The position numbers were made by a program, and so were the translations under genes. From Lama glama (Eukaryota): DNA of 64,000 nt. Shown here piece after piece: positions 24,461-38,233 of the stretch. The notes under the pieces were generated by a model, which saw only the letters and a program-made list of their open reading frames with translations, was not told the DNA's origin and made no database searches. How positions within the stretch are numbered: position 1 is the stretch's first letter; each line of letters begins with the position of its first letter. Location: assembly GCA_028534125.1 (NCBI GenBank), contig CM052816.1, forward strand, positions 71,364,001-71,428,000, read 5' to 3'.

Positions 24461-27400
24461 GCTTGCAGGACACTGTGCCGCTGTTTTAATTCAATAAAAT
24501 CTGCTGAATGTAAAGTTTGTCACCTAATTTATTTATCTCAAACCTTTGAAAGATTAACGCCCAATTCATAATACCTGAGATGATCAGGTGATGGATGATG
24601 ATAATAAAATAGCTTCAGTTTCCAATCAAGCATTCAGAGGATGGAGCCGGAATAAATACAGAGGCGGGAAGGAAGTACCGACCCCTTGGCAAGCGCACAT
24701 GGGACAATAATATCCTCCTTACATCCCAACACAAAATTCTGGAGAAATATCATGATTTTCCTTAAGAAAAGGAATGTATCATTGGAACGTTCATCTCTAG
24801 TCAATATTCTCAGAAGCAGCAAACACATTGGCCACCGTCATGCAATTGGCAGAACCTCAACTCTGCTCTGGTAATTAGCTCAGGTTGAACGAACACAATG
24901 CAGGGGATACAGAAAGGTTTTTTTTTTCCTTTCTAATCAGGGAGCAGCCAAGGCCCCCTGTACAGTGAGAATCACGCTCTGTCAGATTTGTAGGCTCCTA
25001 AGCACAGGATACAAACCTTATGTCCTTGGACAACACCAAGCTTTTTATCTTATCTTTTCTTTCACTGACACTGGAATGTGGTCTTTGTCCCAATTGCTAT
25101 TGCAGTAATTATGAATGAAATTTGGTACAAAATGGTTGTGGAATTTCTGATTTATTAAATTCTAAAAGAATCCAATACTCTGTCATAATAGTGAATAGGG
25201 GAGAAATTAATTCTTTGCTGAATAGAATTGCTATTTAGCTGCTTTGTTTCTCTATAAAGTATCACCCAAATTGGAGTAATTATCATTGGAAGTCAGGAAC
25301 CTAAAGTGGCCCAAATTATTTTCCTTGTTCAATTCAGTAATTGTACTTGCATTAATAACAGTATTTGTCTATAGAGCTCCAGACATTTCAGTTTGTTAGG
25401 AATTGTTTAAGCCAAATCAAATATTATTAATGCATGCACCAAAACAAAGGGGTAAAAGAGGTTTCAAACAAGAGAATTAGAGAAAGAAAAAAAGGAGGAA
25501 GGAAAAAAGGCTTTTATAGATTATATCTTGGGGTGAAATGTTACAGGCACAATGACTTTTAATATTTTTGTCTTTAACCCTATCTTGGCTTCATCTTTAC
25601 TTTGAAAAATAACCTACATGAATCTTTCACTAGCCCTTAATGTTAGATGATTTCAGATATAATTTCTTTCAAATCCTGAAAGCAGACTATTTCCTTATAT
25701 CAGCTAATGCATGTGAGTGTGACCTGTAATCATGTTTGGCAGCTTCTGGGCTAATCTGCATATTGAAAAAAAATAATGTAATACCTTGAATTCTGAATTG
25801 TGTCTCTCCTCTTGAGCTAGGAAATTCTTTGCATCACCCTTTTATTACTTAACTGATCATACAAATTTCAAGGTGTATGTTTACAAACATTTTGTTGTGT
25901 TTCTCATGCTATTAGCACTCTGAAGCGTTCTCTTTCCAGGTTTCTATGGCAACGAGGGTACAGCACATTCATTAAAAAGAAGTTCTGTTTAATTGATCTA
26001 CTAATGTATTGCTTAATAGTAACTGTTAAGCAGCCTTTTGTTTCCAGGTCATATTTAGGGTTCACATATTTGCATAAAAACATTTCATTAGCCGAAACCA
26101 ATTATTAATAGCAATTTTCTTTCTTTAGTTTTAAATAACTAAACCCTCATTGAGGCTTTTCTGAATAGCAAATATTTGTAGCTTTTCAGAATACACTTGC
26201 TGTATGAGCTTGGCTTGCTTTGTTTCTGAGAGCAGCAAGAAAATTACAGAGCTTGAAAATTTTGATCAAAGAAGACAAAAATAAGGTGTCTCTTCTTTAC
26301 AACTGAAAGTTATGTATTCAGAGATGCTAACTCTAGGCCACATCATACATTTGATAACAGGGATAGTTATTTGTGACTTTCAGTGCTGAAATACTCAAGG
26401 CTTGAATACAAAATTTATACTAGAGCCTTTATACAATACTCAAGGGAAATTCTGGCACTGTGTGTATATTTAAAGCTCTATGAACATATTTTAGAATTAA
26501 TGCTTGTAAGTATCAAGATTTTTTTAAGTAAAAGGGAAGCGTTGTCTCCTTCAGGCTGAGATAATAGACAAAATATCTTCTTTTAAGCCAAAAGCACTTG
26601 TAATTGATACTTATCTTTGAATAAAGTGAGGATAAATTATGTCTGTACCTAGTAGCATGTGTACCAGAGTTTGTAAATGTTATGTATTTTTGAGGGTTAC
26701 AGAGAGATTTAGATGCAGAGCTATATGTAGATACATATTACATACCTATACCAAATGTAAATTCTAATCACTTTGATAAATAGACTTATTCTCAATTTAT
26801 ATATATATATATGTGTGTGTATGTGTGTATATATATATATATTAGTTATAATGCTAAAGGATTTGATTCCAGAAAATAAACTAGAAAATATAACTGAATG
26901 CCAACTATACATCTCACTGACCAAATCTCTTTCTCAATGTATCAGTTCAATTTCTTTATGTGTACTTCTTTATATTTTCAAAAAGTAATCTAAGTCTTTT
27001 ATCTATTAGCCTTGGTGTACTCTTGTCCAGCCAGTCTTTTGAATTACTTACATTTAAAGAATTGTTTTAAAATCAGATCATATGGCTATAAATCTAGTAA
27101 TAATATAGTTTACTCAACGCCATCATCACATCATCTTTCCAAATCCCCAGAAAATATAATTAACATACACATTCTCTTTCTTTCTCTATTTCTCTGCCTT
27201 CTAGCATCCTTGACCTCTGTGTGTCTTTGCAGAAACATTAATAACATTAACATTATGCTGTGATTAAAAAGCTGGACACTACAATAAAGCTGCTTGACAA
27301 GAGAGTTTTCGCAATTCTTTTTGATGTCTTTCAGTTAAGAATGGATATCCTTTGAATCCTTGTAAATGAAGTGGGTCGTCTTTATGGAAGCTCTCTTAGA

Positions 27401-27537
27401 TAACCGGGAGATGTTTCTATTTTACAGGGTGAAGCATTAGTTTCAGCTTACACTACCAGCACCCATAATCTTACTAAATAAAAATCACATACATATCATG
27501 CACTTTTCAATATTAGTTTAAAATTGAATATATTTCT

Positions 27538-27859
27538 TTTTTTTTAATTGAAATACAATCAGTTACAATGTGTCAATTTCTGGTGTATAGCACAATGTCC
27601 CATCATGCATATACATACATATCTTCATTTTCATATTCTTTTTCATTGAAGGTTATTACAAGATATTGAATATAGTTCCCTGTGCTATACAGAAATTTTT
27701 AAATTTATTTTTCTATATAGTGGCTAACGTTTGCAAATCATAAACTCTCAAATTTATCCCTTCCCGTCCCCTTTCCCCTGTAACCATAAGATTGTTTACT
27801 ATGTCTGTGAGTCTGTTTCTGTTTTGTAGATGAGCTCATTAGTGTCTTCTTTTTTCCTT
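27538..27859 (-). mobile_element. Lineage-specific L1 3' end (5'-truncated) with TSD
   Basis: T-tract then attgaaatacaatcagttacaatgtgtcaatttctggtgtatagcacaat...gaatatagttccctgtgctatacag. TSD ttgaatatat(t/c)tct at 27524-27537 and 27860-27873. Confidence 0.9.
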
Positions 27860-28506
27860 TTGAATATATCTCTGAAATTCATGAAAATTACATTTGCAAT
27901 ATTTTGGTATGTGAGGTCAGCAGATAAATTGGTGAAGAATGCAAAGGCTTTTCACTGAGCTTGAGCAGAAATATTTTTATGCAGGGTCATTAAAATATAA
28001 CTGGGTAAATGACCCCCCCAAAATCTCAGTTACTGATTATATTAAATAAACATAAAAATAGGGATTTTCTGTAAAGATACTCCTTAGGGAACATTGCTAT
28101 GACTGAAAAGAATTTTAGCTTAAAATGACATCATGGGTGTAACTTAATGGAGTGAGATAAGACAGTATATCAGTATTACTTTGAAGTTTTCTTATTTATG
28201 GCAGATTAATAATACTCTTGAAAAAATCCAAAATCTGAGTTTGGACAATTATTTCTCCCTAATTTATCATAAAACAAGGAGCAGGCTTTAACTCCAGGAC
28301 ATTCAAAAGTGAAATAGCATCCTTTAAATTTATTTTAAAACCCTGAACAATTTCTAATCTTGAGATTTCAGTATTTTTCCTTTTTTTTTTCATAAAACAA
28401 AAGTACACTCAACACATATTTACTTAAAATTAAATATGCTTTCTTTGACAAATTAGCAATGTAAATATTATTAAGCAAATTTTAAATGTTTAAATTGTCA
28501 GGGAAA

Positions 28507-28587
28507 TATTGTAAATCAACTATACTTCAATAAAAATTTAAAAAGAAAAAAGAATAATTAAAGAAACAAAACAGAACAAATGAAATA
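28507..28587 (+). mobile_element. Extremely truncated L1 3' terminus with A-rich tail and 15-bp TSD
   Basis: attgtaaatcaactatacttcaataaaa plus A-rich tail; aaattgtcagggaaa at 28492-28506 and 28588-28602. Confidence 0.85.
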
Positions 28588-28689
28588 AAATTGTCAGGGA
28601 AAATTTAGAAAAACTATGTAAACTGAGATTAATCTGAAGAAATACTGATCTTCAAATGTATTTTCCCATTAAAAAGTCTTTCCATATGT

Positions 28690-29345
28690 TTTTATTCATG
28701 CTTTAACAAAGTATTTATATGTGCCAGGCGTTCATTGTTATAAGCATTTGGAATACAATGAAACACACACACACACACACACACACACTACACACACACA
28801 CACAAATACCTCTGCCTTCGTTGATATTATGTTTTAGCAAGAAGAGATTGAAAGTGAATGATAGATATAATAAATACACATATTAGAAGATGACATGTGC
28901 TGTAAAAAGTAAATGAAGAGAGTGCAGTGGGAGCATCAGGAGTGCCATGGATGGGGGAAGGAGAGGCTCAGGGCAGACCTCAGTGAAAGGTGAAATGTGA
29001 TAACAAAAAGGATGTGGGAAAACTAGCCAAGTAGACATTTGGATGTAGTAGGTTCCAGGCAGAGGGAGAAGCCAGAGAAGAGGCCCTTGGGTGGGCAGAA
29101 TTTGTGAATAGTGAGGAGGCTAGGGCAGGGGGAGCTGAGTGAGCCTGGGGAGGAGGGGAGCACCTGCGGTCAGAGCCTGGGGCTGTCTGAGTACCATCTT
29201 GCAGGCTATTGCAGAGCCGTGGTATTTACTCTGATGAAATGGGAAACCACCTCGTTGCAGGTTCTTCCAGTACAGATGTAACACGGTCTTACTTAGTTTA
29301 TAAAAGAGATCATTCTGGCTGCTCTTTTAAGAATAAACTATAGGC
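28690..29345 (-). mobile_element. L2 3' part containing a (CA)n microsatellite (~28764-28804)
   Basis: aacaaagtattt...atgtgccaggc, ttccaggcagaggga, tttactctga, agatcattctggctgct motifs. Confidence 0.75.
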
Positions 29346-29349
29346 AGAC

Positions 29350-31760
29350 TTTCTAATTCCTATAGTTTTATCACAAATTGTCCCAAAACTTAGTGGCTTC
29401 AGGCCACTTTACATTGTCTTGGTTTTATCGATCAGAAATTCAGGAAGGTCTCTGTTGCAGTTTCCCTTGGGGTTTCTCGTGGCAGTTGCATGTACATAAG
29501 GCCTGAGGGGTGACTCATCTGAAGGCTTAGCTAAGTGGGATATCAAAGAAGGTCTCACTCACTTGGCTGCAAGTTGATGCTAGTTATTGGCTGGAGCTCA
29601 ACGACCTGACAACCAAAGCACCTCTCTGTGGCCTTTCCAGAATCATGGTCTAAGCTTTTCATATGGTGTCTAGATTGACTCACAATAAATGTCCCAAGAG
29701 AAGAAGACAAAGTTGTAGCTACATAGTTTTTAAGATGTAGCTTCAGAAGTCATACAACATCACTTCCTCCATATTTTAGTGATCAGAGCAGTCCCAAGCT
29801 CAACCAAGCTCAAGAGAGTAGTGACAAAGAATTTTTAGCCATTATGTTAAACTCCCCAGTTTTCCCTGTGGCTACGAATTATTTATGCTCCCATAATATA
29901 TTCACTCCTTGGAAGACCCTGCACTCCCAAAGTGTCATCACATTAAAGCACCAGGTTCAGGCTTGAGGTCCAGGATCTTATGTACTAAATCTGGTCTGGA
30001 TGCAGATGAGATTTGTCAGGTATAGTTCCTTGGATACAGTTCTCTGCGTATCATTCATCTTGATCAGAAGACTTGTGAATACAAGGACATGTTACCTAAC
30101 CTCTGTCCCGTGTACTCACGTGTACGGGTGCGACAGCTGGAGGGTCAGTGTAACAGGCATTGCTGTTCATTAGGAGGAAAACGAGAGGCACACTGCAATC
30201 TCAGAGTGAAGTTCAGTCCCTTTTCTTCCAATCACAGCATCGAGCATGAATGAAGAATCTTGCAATAGTGTGCAGGAGGTCCAGATGTGACTGCTCCCAG
30301 TGGAAACCTATGAACACCAACAGAAAAGACAGGTGAGCAGCCCACTTCGTTCCCTGCCTTCCCACCACCGCCACCACGCATGCGCAGCCACCATATAGCT
30401 GCGGGATAGGAACAAACACACTCACTTTCAGAAGTGGGAAGGAGAGAAACACAGCAGTCACTTACCTGAAAGAACTGTAAAATCTCTCAGGCATAAATTG
30501 TGAGAATGGCCACTGTTTTCCATGGCCCTTGCCTTCAACCTTGAACCAGCCCTTTCTTTTTCATTATCTTCCGAGACTACACAGGGCATGGGTATTGGGA
30601 AATGATGCTGTCCTTGGAAATTGAACATCTTTCTTATTCTGTTTCCCTGTCGTGGATTTTTCCTTTGGCAATACCTCCTAAAAACTTACTCAGCTTCTTA
30701 TGTATTTTATTCCATCCAATTCAGGTGCTAGACACATCCACAACTATTTTTGAAACCTCTCTTCCTCTCTATCTATCATCCATCTATGCATTATCTCTTC
30801 CTCTCTCTCTCTCAACTTCATTATGGTAACTTTCACTGAATCAGTTGTCAGAAGAGGGTGAAATTCTTAGCCTTTTTTCCATAAGCAATTTTTTCCAACT
30901 GAAAGGATTCATTGGGAAGCATCTTAATTTATTCAGAGGTTGTAACAAAAGATGTGACAGCTGTACCATTGATTTTATCATTGCCACAAGACTAAATTCT
31001 AACTGGCTTGTGTTAGTCAAATACCTTCTTACTTTTATCAGTTAAGGATGAGAATCCATTCCCACTTACAATCCCACAATTTTGGACTCGATAGTCCCTT
31101 TTATACACACTTGGAAAGCAGACAATTTTCTTTGACTTCCTCTCTTCCTTGGAGTACTTTTTCAAATGTAGGCCATAATAATAAATATAAGCTATCAATA
31201 TTTTATTTTCTGACATCTTTGACTAAAATGAGAAGACATTTATGTCCTTATCTGCTTTTCAAGTTATTGTAACAATGTAATCAAATATTTCAACTTAGCA
31301 TAAGATGAATGGTTGACTTAACAAGCCTCAGATTTCTTTTGATCTCTTTCCCTATCATCAATCTGGGCCACATTTTAATTTTTGAATGGTAGAACCCCAC
31401 TTCTGAACAAATTTCTGTATAAGTCAGCAGAGACTAAGTCATGCTTCAGTAGCAAGGAACTCAGAAAACTCAGAGAGTTAAAATAGTAAAGGTTTATATC
31501 TCACTTAATCTATGAGTCCTCTGAAGGATGGCTGAAGTCTGCTCCATTGTCCTTGCTCCCACTCTGGGACATGGTCTGGGGACATGGTTTGATGGCCTAA
31601 AGTAATGGTTGGTCGTACTGCTAGCCTTTTTTGGTTTTACAAATAAAGCCAACAAGCTGGGTCTCAAAGCTTCTGTCTTTAAATAATCCACATCACTTCT
31701 ATTCATATTGCTTTGGCCAAATCAAGTCATATAGTCATACTGAGTTCAAGTGAGTGAAGT
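29350..31760 (-). mobile_element. ERVL-MaLR region: MLT1 LTR + internal sequence + second MLT1 LTR
   Basis: LTR motifs ccaaaacttagtggctt...tcagaaattcagg...cacttcctccatattttagtgatcagagcagtc (to ~29860). MLT-int-like sequence to ~31415, ending accccacttctgaacaaatttc (PBS-side junction), then tgtataagtcag...ttggccaaatcaagtcata. Confidence 0.65.
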
Positions 31761-31769
31761 TCCCCAGCT

Positions 31770-32320
31770 AATATGTGCAGAGTGATGACTTTTTAGATAC
31801 AACACCAAAGACATGATCCATGAGAGAAAGAATTGATCAGCTAAACTTCATCTAAATTAAAAACTCCTGCTCTACAAGAGACATTGTTAAATGAATGCGA
31901 AGATGCACCATAGACTGGGAGAACATATCTGTAAAAGAAATATCTGATAAGGGGCTGTTGTTAAAAATACACAGAGAACTTAAAAAATTAAACCATAAGA
32001 AAATGGGTTATAAAAATAAAAATGGGCACAAGACTTGAACAGACATCTCACTAAAGAAGATATACAAATAACAAGTGTATGAAGAAATGCACCCTATCAT
32101 GTCATTAGGGAAATGCAAGTTAAACAAACAATGAGCTACTACTATAGACCTATTAGAATGACAAAAATCCAGGACACTGATAACACCAAATGCTGGTGAG
32201 GGCGTGCAGGAACAGGAACTTTCATTCATTGTTGACGGGAATGCAAAACAGTACAGCCATTTTAGAAGACAGTTTGATGGTTTCCTATAAAACTAAACCT
32301 ACTCCCACCATATGATCCCA
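31770..32320 (+). mobile_element. L1MB-like ORF2 C-terminal fragment
   Basis: gatacaacaccaaagacatgatcca...gacttgaacagacatctcac...cattagggaaatgcaag...aacaggaactttcattcattg...ccatatgatccca. Confidence 0.85.
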
Positions 32321-34299
32321 CTACAGAGTTAAGATTCAGTTTCCTCCATTCTGATTATACATGTACCACTTGCCTCTCTGCTGAAATCTTGATCCTATTC
32401 TCTCTGCCTTTGTTTTTGTTCATTTCTATGTGTTTTGTTTATTTTGTTTTGTTTGGCCTCTTTAAAAATACCCTGTCAGTTTAGTGGTGTTCTGGGAGAA
32501 AGCAAGAGTAATAGACAGAATATTGTAAAACTGACTATTTCCATCATTTTCAAAATCCATACAAAGAACTTTTTCATGTTGAACTCTAAAATTACAATCT
32601 CTTTAATCCCAGCTTTACAAAAATTTTAAATTTCTTAATTTTATAATTCTGTAAAATATCATCAGTGAAAAGGTAATATTTCACAAGTTAGTTAAGGAAA
32701 AGCCATCTTAATTAGCCATGATGCACAATACAGACTGTGTAATTAAAATTACAAGTCATTCATCTTTGTCTTTTCAGGCCATATTTTTTAAAGTAACTGA
32801 TTTCTCCTAGAGACATTGGTTTTATGCTTCATTTGTTTAACTTGAGTAATATACCTCCTGAATATTTAAACAGTGCTGATGTTGACAGGTTTTGACTGCG
32901 CCAATCACAACCAAAACTGAATCAGAGTGGGTTAAAACCAGGCTTGCTTCGATTCTCCACATCTTTTCTCAAATATACAGTAGTAAAACAAGTTTGAGCA
33001 TTCACAGTCTAACCCAGACATGGAGCATACAAGCAAAGTTCAAGAAGCGTTAAAAATGAACTTCTGTTCTTTCAAAATACAATTTGTTAATTTAATGATA
33101 TTACCTGGGGAGTGTCCGCCTTGTGCAGAACAAGGTGCTAGGGGTGAAGGACACCACAGCAAACAAGAAAGACTGAGTCCATATCTTCAGGGAGATAAAT
33201 AACAAGCTACCCATTTTACAAATAAGTACTTAAAAACACTTAAACTCTGCCCTACCTTCTGTATTAATAAAGGGGAAAATGACACATTCCATGATACTCA
33301 CTTTGCTTGGCAAACAAAAGCAGAAAATCCTATGCTCTGTCCAAACAATCACTTCCTTTGGATTTGAGTCTTATAGCCATTTTATACCTTATCAGAAGTA
33401 GGTGGAGATTCAAATTTTTGACTCTACTTACCAGTACCATGTGGTGGGATCCTTCAATGGGCAGGCATTAATTCTTAATTCCAGGGATGCTCTCATATAA
33501 CCAAAACATCATTGTTTCTAGGAAAACAGAACAAAACAAGACTCTCCTCTGTGACTCCCTCAATATTCCCTTCCTTCCTTGTCACTTACTCTTCCTTAAC
33601 TCCCACCTCTTCTTTTACACTCAGCTTCTTATATGAATTGTCACTGACTTATCATTTCCACCAATAGCTGGGGCCCCAGGGTAGAAGATAGGAGAGAAGG
33701 AAGAGTTCTCTGTAAATTAGCCTCAGGGTGAACCTTTCACAGAGCCAAGATTAGCTTCTATTGGCACATTTCTTGGATAGTTTTGTGCTAAAGAAATTTA
33801 TATGTTTCAATTAGCTTGCTTTGCATTACCAAACCCTCTTCTCTTAGTATTGTAAATGTTAAGATGCAAGAAGGTATACAAGACTGTCAAAAGAAAAACA
33901 GAATTTACACAGCTTACACTTATGAAAAACACTCCAGAGGTAAAAGAGAGGATTAATTTTGAGAGTCATTTATAAGGGGGAACTAATCTAACAGAGGTGG
34001 CCAAAAAGATCCCTGTGGAACTGATTTTCATTCTTATCTTAAAGAAAGAGTACTAATTTATGGTCACAGTAGTTTAAAGTCGGGGAAGAGTTTTGCAAGC
34101 AGAGGTAACATCATATCCATATTGGGTGGAACATGGTGATTTAGAAAAACAACTAGATAACAGGACAAAAACCAAAAAGAAACAGTAAATAAGACAAGTC
34201 TCAAGGCTGATACATATGAACAGTGCAAATATATGCAGGATATGTTAATGACTTTGATCTTTATTGTAAGAATGACTGTAAGCTACCAGTGAAGATTTT

Positions 34300-34680
34300 T
34301 ATTCTATTTTCTTTTTATTTTGATTGTGATGCAACTTAAATACTATAAATTTGCCAATTTTAAGTGTACAATTTAATGAACTGTGATAAATATATAAAAC
34401 AATGTAACTTGGAAATGCAACAGAAAAGTTCTTAAAACAAGTGCCCAAGAATAAATATATATGTTCTTAAGAAACTTTTGTAACCCAAATGAAGGATGAT
34501 GTGGGACATTTCCATCTCTGCCAAATTCCGCCCTATAGTAATTTCATTTTTAGAATTTCATATAAATGAAAGCATATAGTGTGTTATCTTTTGTGTCTGG
34601 CTTTACTCACTTATCAAAGTGTTTTTGAGATTCTTCAATGCTATTACTTGTATTATGACTTTTTATTATATTAATACTTG
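34300..34680 (-). mobile_element. Old L1M 3'UTR, interrupted by an 88-bp inverted local copy
   Basis: ttttaagtgtacaattt...tgtaac [insert] ...acatttccatc...tagaatttcatataaatgaaagcatatag...tttgtgtctggcttt. Confidence 0.75.
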
Positions 34681-35588
34681 GATTAATAGCAATTTGTTAT
34701 TAATTACTCTTTGTTTAATTTTATTTAATTTTGAGTCCTTGGTCCGGAATTCAACCTAAAATTACAGAACTGTTCTGATAGAACATGCAATCCACTTAGT
34801 GCAATCTACTTTATTCTGCTCAATTTTATGCTTTAGTTCCCAGAACATATGGAATGCAACATATATAGAAGTCAAGTTCTTAAAACACAGATCTTTTGCT
34901 GAAACATTAAAAGAAAAATCAATGTAATTCTTCAACAGAGATGTCAAGTTTTTGTTTTTCAACTAAATACAAGAACTTTTTTCTTTTGTATTTCAATCCA
35001 TTTTGCTATATTTTTTTTAATAGTTTAAAAGTTTTTCACAAGTTATTCTTTAAAAAATTTTAAACAGCATGCTCTGTTGAAGGGCAGATCCAAAGAGAAA
35101 CTTGATTTGTTCCTACCTAGTGGAATTACAAAATATTTTGTAAAATATAATAATATATATTATAATAATATAAAAACATAACATATTATATAATAAAATA
35201 TATCATCCATATTAAATTTACACTTTTTAAAATTCTAGGTCATTGAAGCTGGATTTTTTATAATTACATTTTTGAGTAGATATGAATGAAGTAGACGATT
35301 CTTGAGCTGTGCTTTGAAAACATGATGACAATCATTAGTGATTAAATGATACCTGTTTGCACTCATTGACTGTGACTCTGCTAGTGAGGATGACCTGTGA
35401 ATGAAACAAAAGTTTAAAGAGAAAATATTTTATTGGTTTACTTAGTTGTCAATCAGTATTAAATATAATAGACAGAAACATCCAGAAATTAAAAGTGCAC
35501 CTTCATTTGGGTTACCAAAGTTTCTTAAGAACATATGTATTTATTCTTGGGCACTTGTTTTAAGGAAATTTTCTGTTGCATTTCAAAG
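34408..35588. repeat. Inverted repeat pair 34408-34495 / 35500-35588
   Basis: Manual reverse-complement alignment gives 4 substitutions and 1 indel over ~88 bp; spacer ~1.0 kb. Confidence 0.93.
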
Positions 35589-35599
35589 ATGAACCAGAA

Positions 35600-36950
35600 T
35601 TTATTGCCTTATGATACCTATTGAGTACAATTATTTAACCCCTTTCCTCTCTTAAATCCTATTAAGATGACAGGATCAATACAAAAAAGTAGGAGAAAAC
35701 CATATATTTCTGGAAAGTCAAAAACAGTGCCAAAGGCAAACCTGAATATTAAGGGATTTCTGGAAGATATGATGCAAATGGAATGTGCCTATTGGTGAAA
35801 TTCCACAGAGCTTAGGGACTTACCACCTTACAGAGGGAACAGATAAATCTTCCAAATGAATGAATTTTCATAGGAAACAAAAACATGAGAATACTCTAAG
35901 AGAGGAGAACAGGAGATGAGTTCGTGATCGGTGATAAGCGATCAATTCACATGCAGTTAAAAGGCAGTGAGAATGGTATGTTCCTTTGGAAAAAAAAAGG
36001 GTGAGTGGAACGATTGCTCTAGTAACCTTTTTCAGAGCAGTTGCTAGGGCATTTGCCCCCAAGACTAAAGCCAGTAATGGTGTTTTTTTAAGTGAAATGG
36101 GGGCAATGAAGGAGACTCACAGGCTGCAGAGAGAGAGCAAAAAGGAAAGCAGAAAAAGCTTACACAATTAGACGTCAAGCTACTCATATACTGGACCCGT
36201 CTACACAATCCCTAAAGTCAGAACACCTATAAACAGAATGTGCGTTTACCGACAGTGCTTAGCTTGTGCTGAGAAAAATACCCTCCAGCTACCAATACGG
36301 AATAATCTAGACTTTCATTTAAAAATAAAAATAAATAACCCAGAATTTAACATTAGAAGTAAACATTAGTAAACATTAGATTTTCAATATCATGTCACAG
36401 TCCTAATAGAAGCCATTTTCTGGCCTGAACAAGTAGAAGTATCTTCCAGCAAATAGAGTTAATGAAAGACACCAACATAGCAAGTAAATTCAGAGAAATT
36501 CATTTAAGTATAACACCTTTCTAAGAACAATAATTAGAATCCTAATAGCTGAAAGCTCAAAAAAAAAAAAACCCAGTGAAACAGAGATAATAAAAGGAGC
36601 CAAATAAAAAGAATTGTAATAGAAATAATTAGAAACTCAGAGTGGTATAACACTGAGGTATAACATTTATAACACATGAAAAAAGAATTTTGGAAGTTAT
36701 GGCTGAAATTACAATCTCAATAGATAGATTGAGAGCAGAATGGATATGGCTGAAGAAATATCTGAGCTGAAGGACAGAGCTGGAAAATTTTCTCAGAATC
36801 TATGAATGAATGAAGGCAAAAAAGAGGAAAGAAATTTAGAAAACACAAAAGCCAGAGGCAGGAAAACCCAACAGAGCCACTGTGCTTATTCTGGAAAGAG
36901 ATGATTAAAAGAAGATACAATCAAAGAAATAATAGAAAATTTCCCCGAAA
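35600..36950 (+). mobile_element. Ancient L1/HAL1-like 5'UTR and ORF1 remnant
   Basis: A-rich coiled-coil-type ORF1 remnants (gctgaagaaatatctgagctgaaggacaga, aatagaaaatttcccc). Confidence 0.5.
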
Positions 36951-38029
36951 CACTTGATTGTTTAGGTAGCAAGGACCCACTCATTTCTTTAGAGAAATAT
37001 TTTAAATGTTTTAAAACATTTAAAAGTAAATAATTTAAATATTTTAAAGTAAACCAATCTAAAAACATATCTTTTTTAGGGTGATCTTTAAAAATGTAGA
37101 AATATAAACAAAAGAAATCTTGAGGGAGTGTCAGGGTCAGAGAAATTAGGTTTTGTTGTTCTACTGTATCCATGTCCCTTTTTTTTGAGCACTGCTCTTC
37201 TACATGTGCTTGTCAATCATGGGTCTGCATCCCTCGAATTTGAGCACACAAATCAATATGGCTGGCCAGACAGCCTCCATTTCTTTAAATAAGACTATTA
37301 GCTCCCAGGTGGGTACCGGGCCCAGGTGAGTCTCCCTAAAGTCAGTTTGAGGGCACAGAGATGAGCTCTGGAAGAGAAAATGCCTCTCTTCTTCTTTGGT
37401 TGAAAGGTACAAAGAACCCAGTGTCCAGAGCCACAGTTAGTGTTCAGATGTGTGTTGCTCTTGTCTCATTTTGCTGGACCCATTTCTTTGACTTTCCAGA
37501 TTTCCTTGGCCATTCTTTCTTCTTGATGCATCTATGTTTTCCCCAGGAAGATCACCTGGTACCAACCAGATTCTGGTAGCCACACAGGAATGGTTTTGTT
37601 CTTTACTGAAGGGAGGCTTTGGGGCCTCGTTGGTCACCATTGTAAGACAGAGGGGATGGAATGCCACTTGCTTAACAGATCAGGACTAATGTGGTAGCTG
37701 CTTTAATTCCCCTGAGACGCTTAAGCTAGGACGCCATACACCGGAGCCTTAGCTCCACATTCTGGACCTCTTGTCTTCTACCTCAGGGCTTCTCTTGCTG
37801 CTGGGGCTCAGAATGCCCTGTAACCCACTCAACACCCACTCATGAATACTGGCTCACCAGGCAGCGCCCGGCTGCAGGCTGCAGGCGGGAGGGGCAGACA
37901 GGTACCGGGCAACACGAGCGTGACCTCTGCACAGCTTCATACACACTTAGGAACCTGGCACAGCTATTAGCTCGCCCTGCTGCGGTGAGGGTGTTGGGAA
38001 AGAAGCAGATATCCAATGCAGAACAAAAT

Positions 38030-38233
38030 GTCGAATAGAAAAGTGAGACTGTACTGTGTAGCACAGGGAGATATATATAGGATCTTGTGGTGGCTCACAG
38101 AGAAAGAGAATGTGACAATGAATGCATGTATGTTCCTGTATAACTGAAAAATTGTGCTCTACACTGGAATTTGACACAGCGTTGTAAAATGACTGTAACT
38201 CAATTTAAAAAATGTTAAAAAAAAAAAAAAAAA
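38030..38233 (+). mobile_element. Camelid-type L1 3' end with poly(A)
   Basis: tactgtgtagcacaggga...tataactgaaaaattgtgctctacactggaatttgacac...aatgttA17; same terminus as the 51058 element. Confidence 0.88.

Noticed and set aside
37295..37973. Two shared 10-mers (ctattagctc, ggtaccgggc) in swapped order
   Set aside because: Too short, with no extended alignment; compatible with chance.
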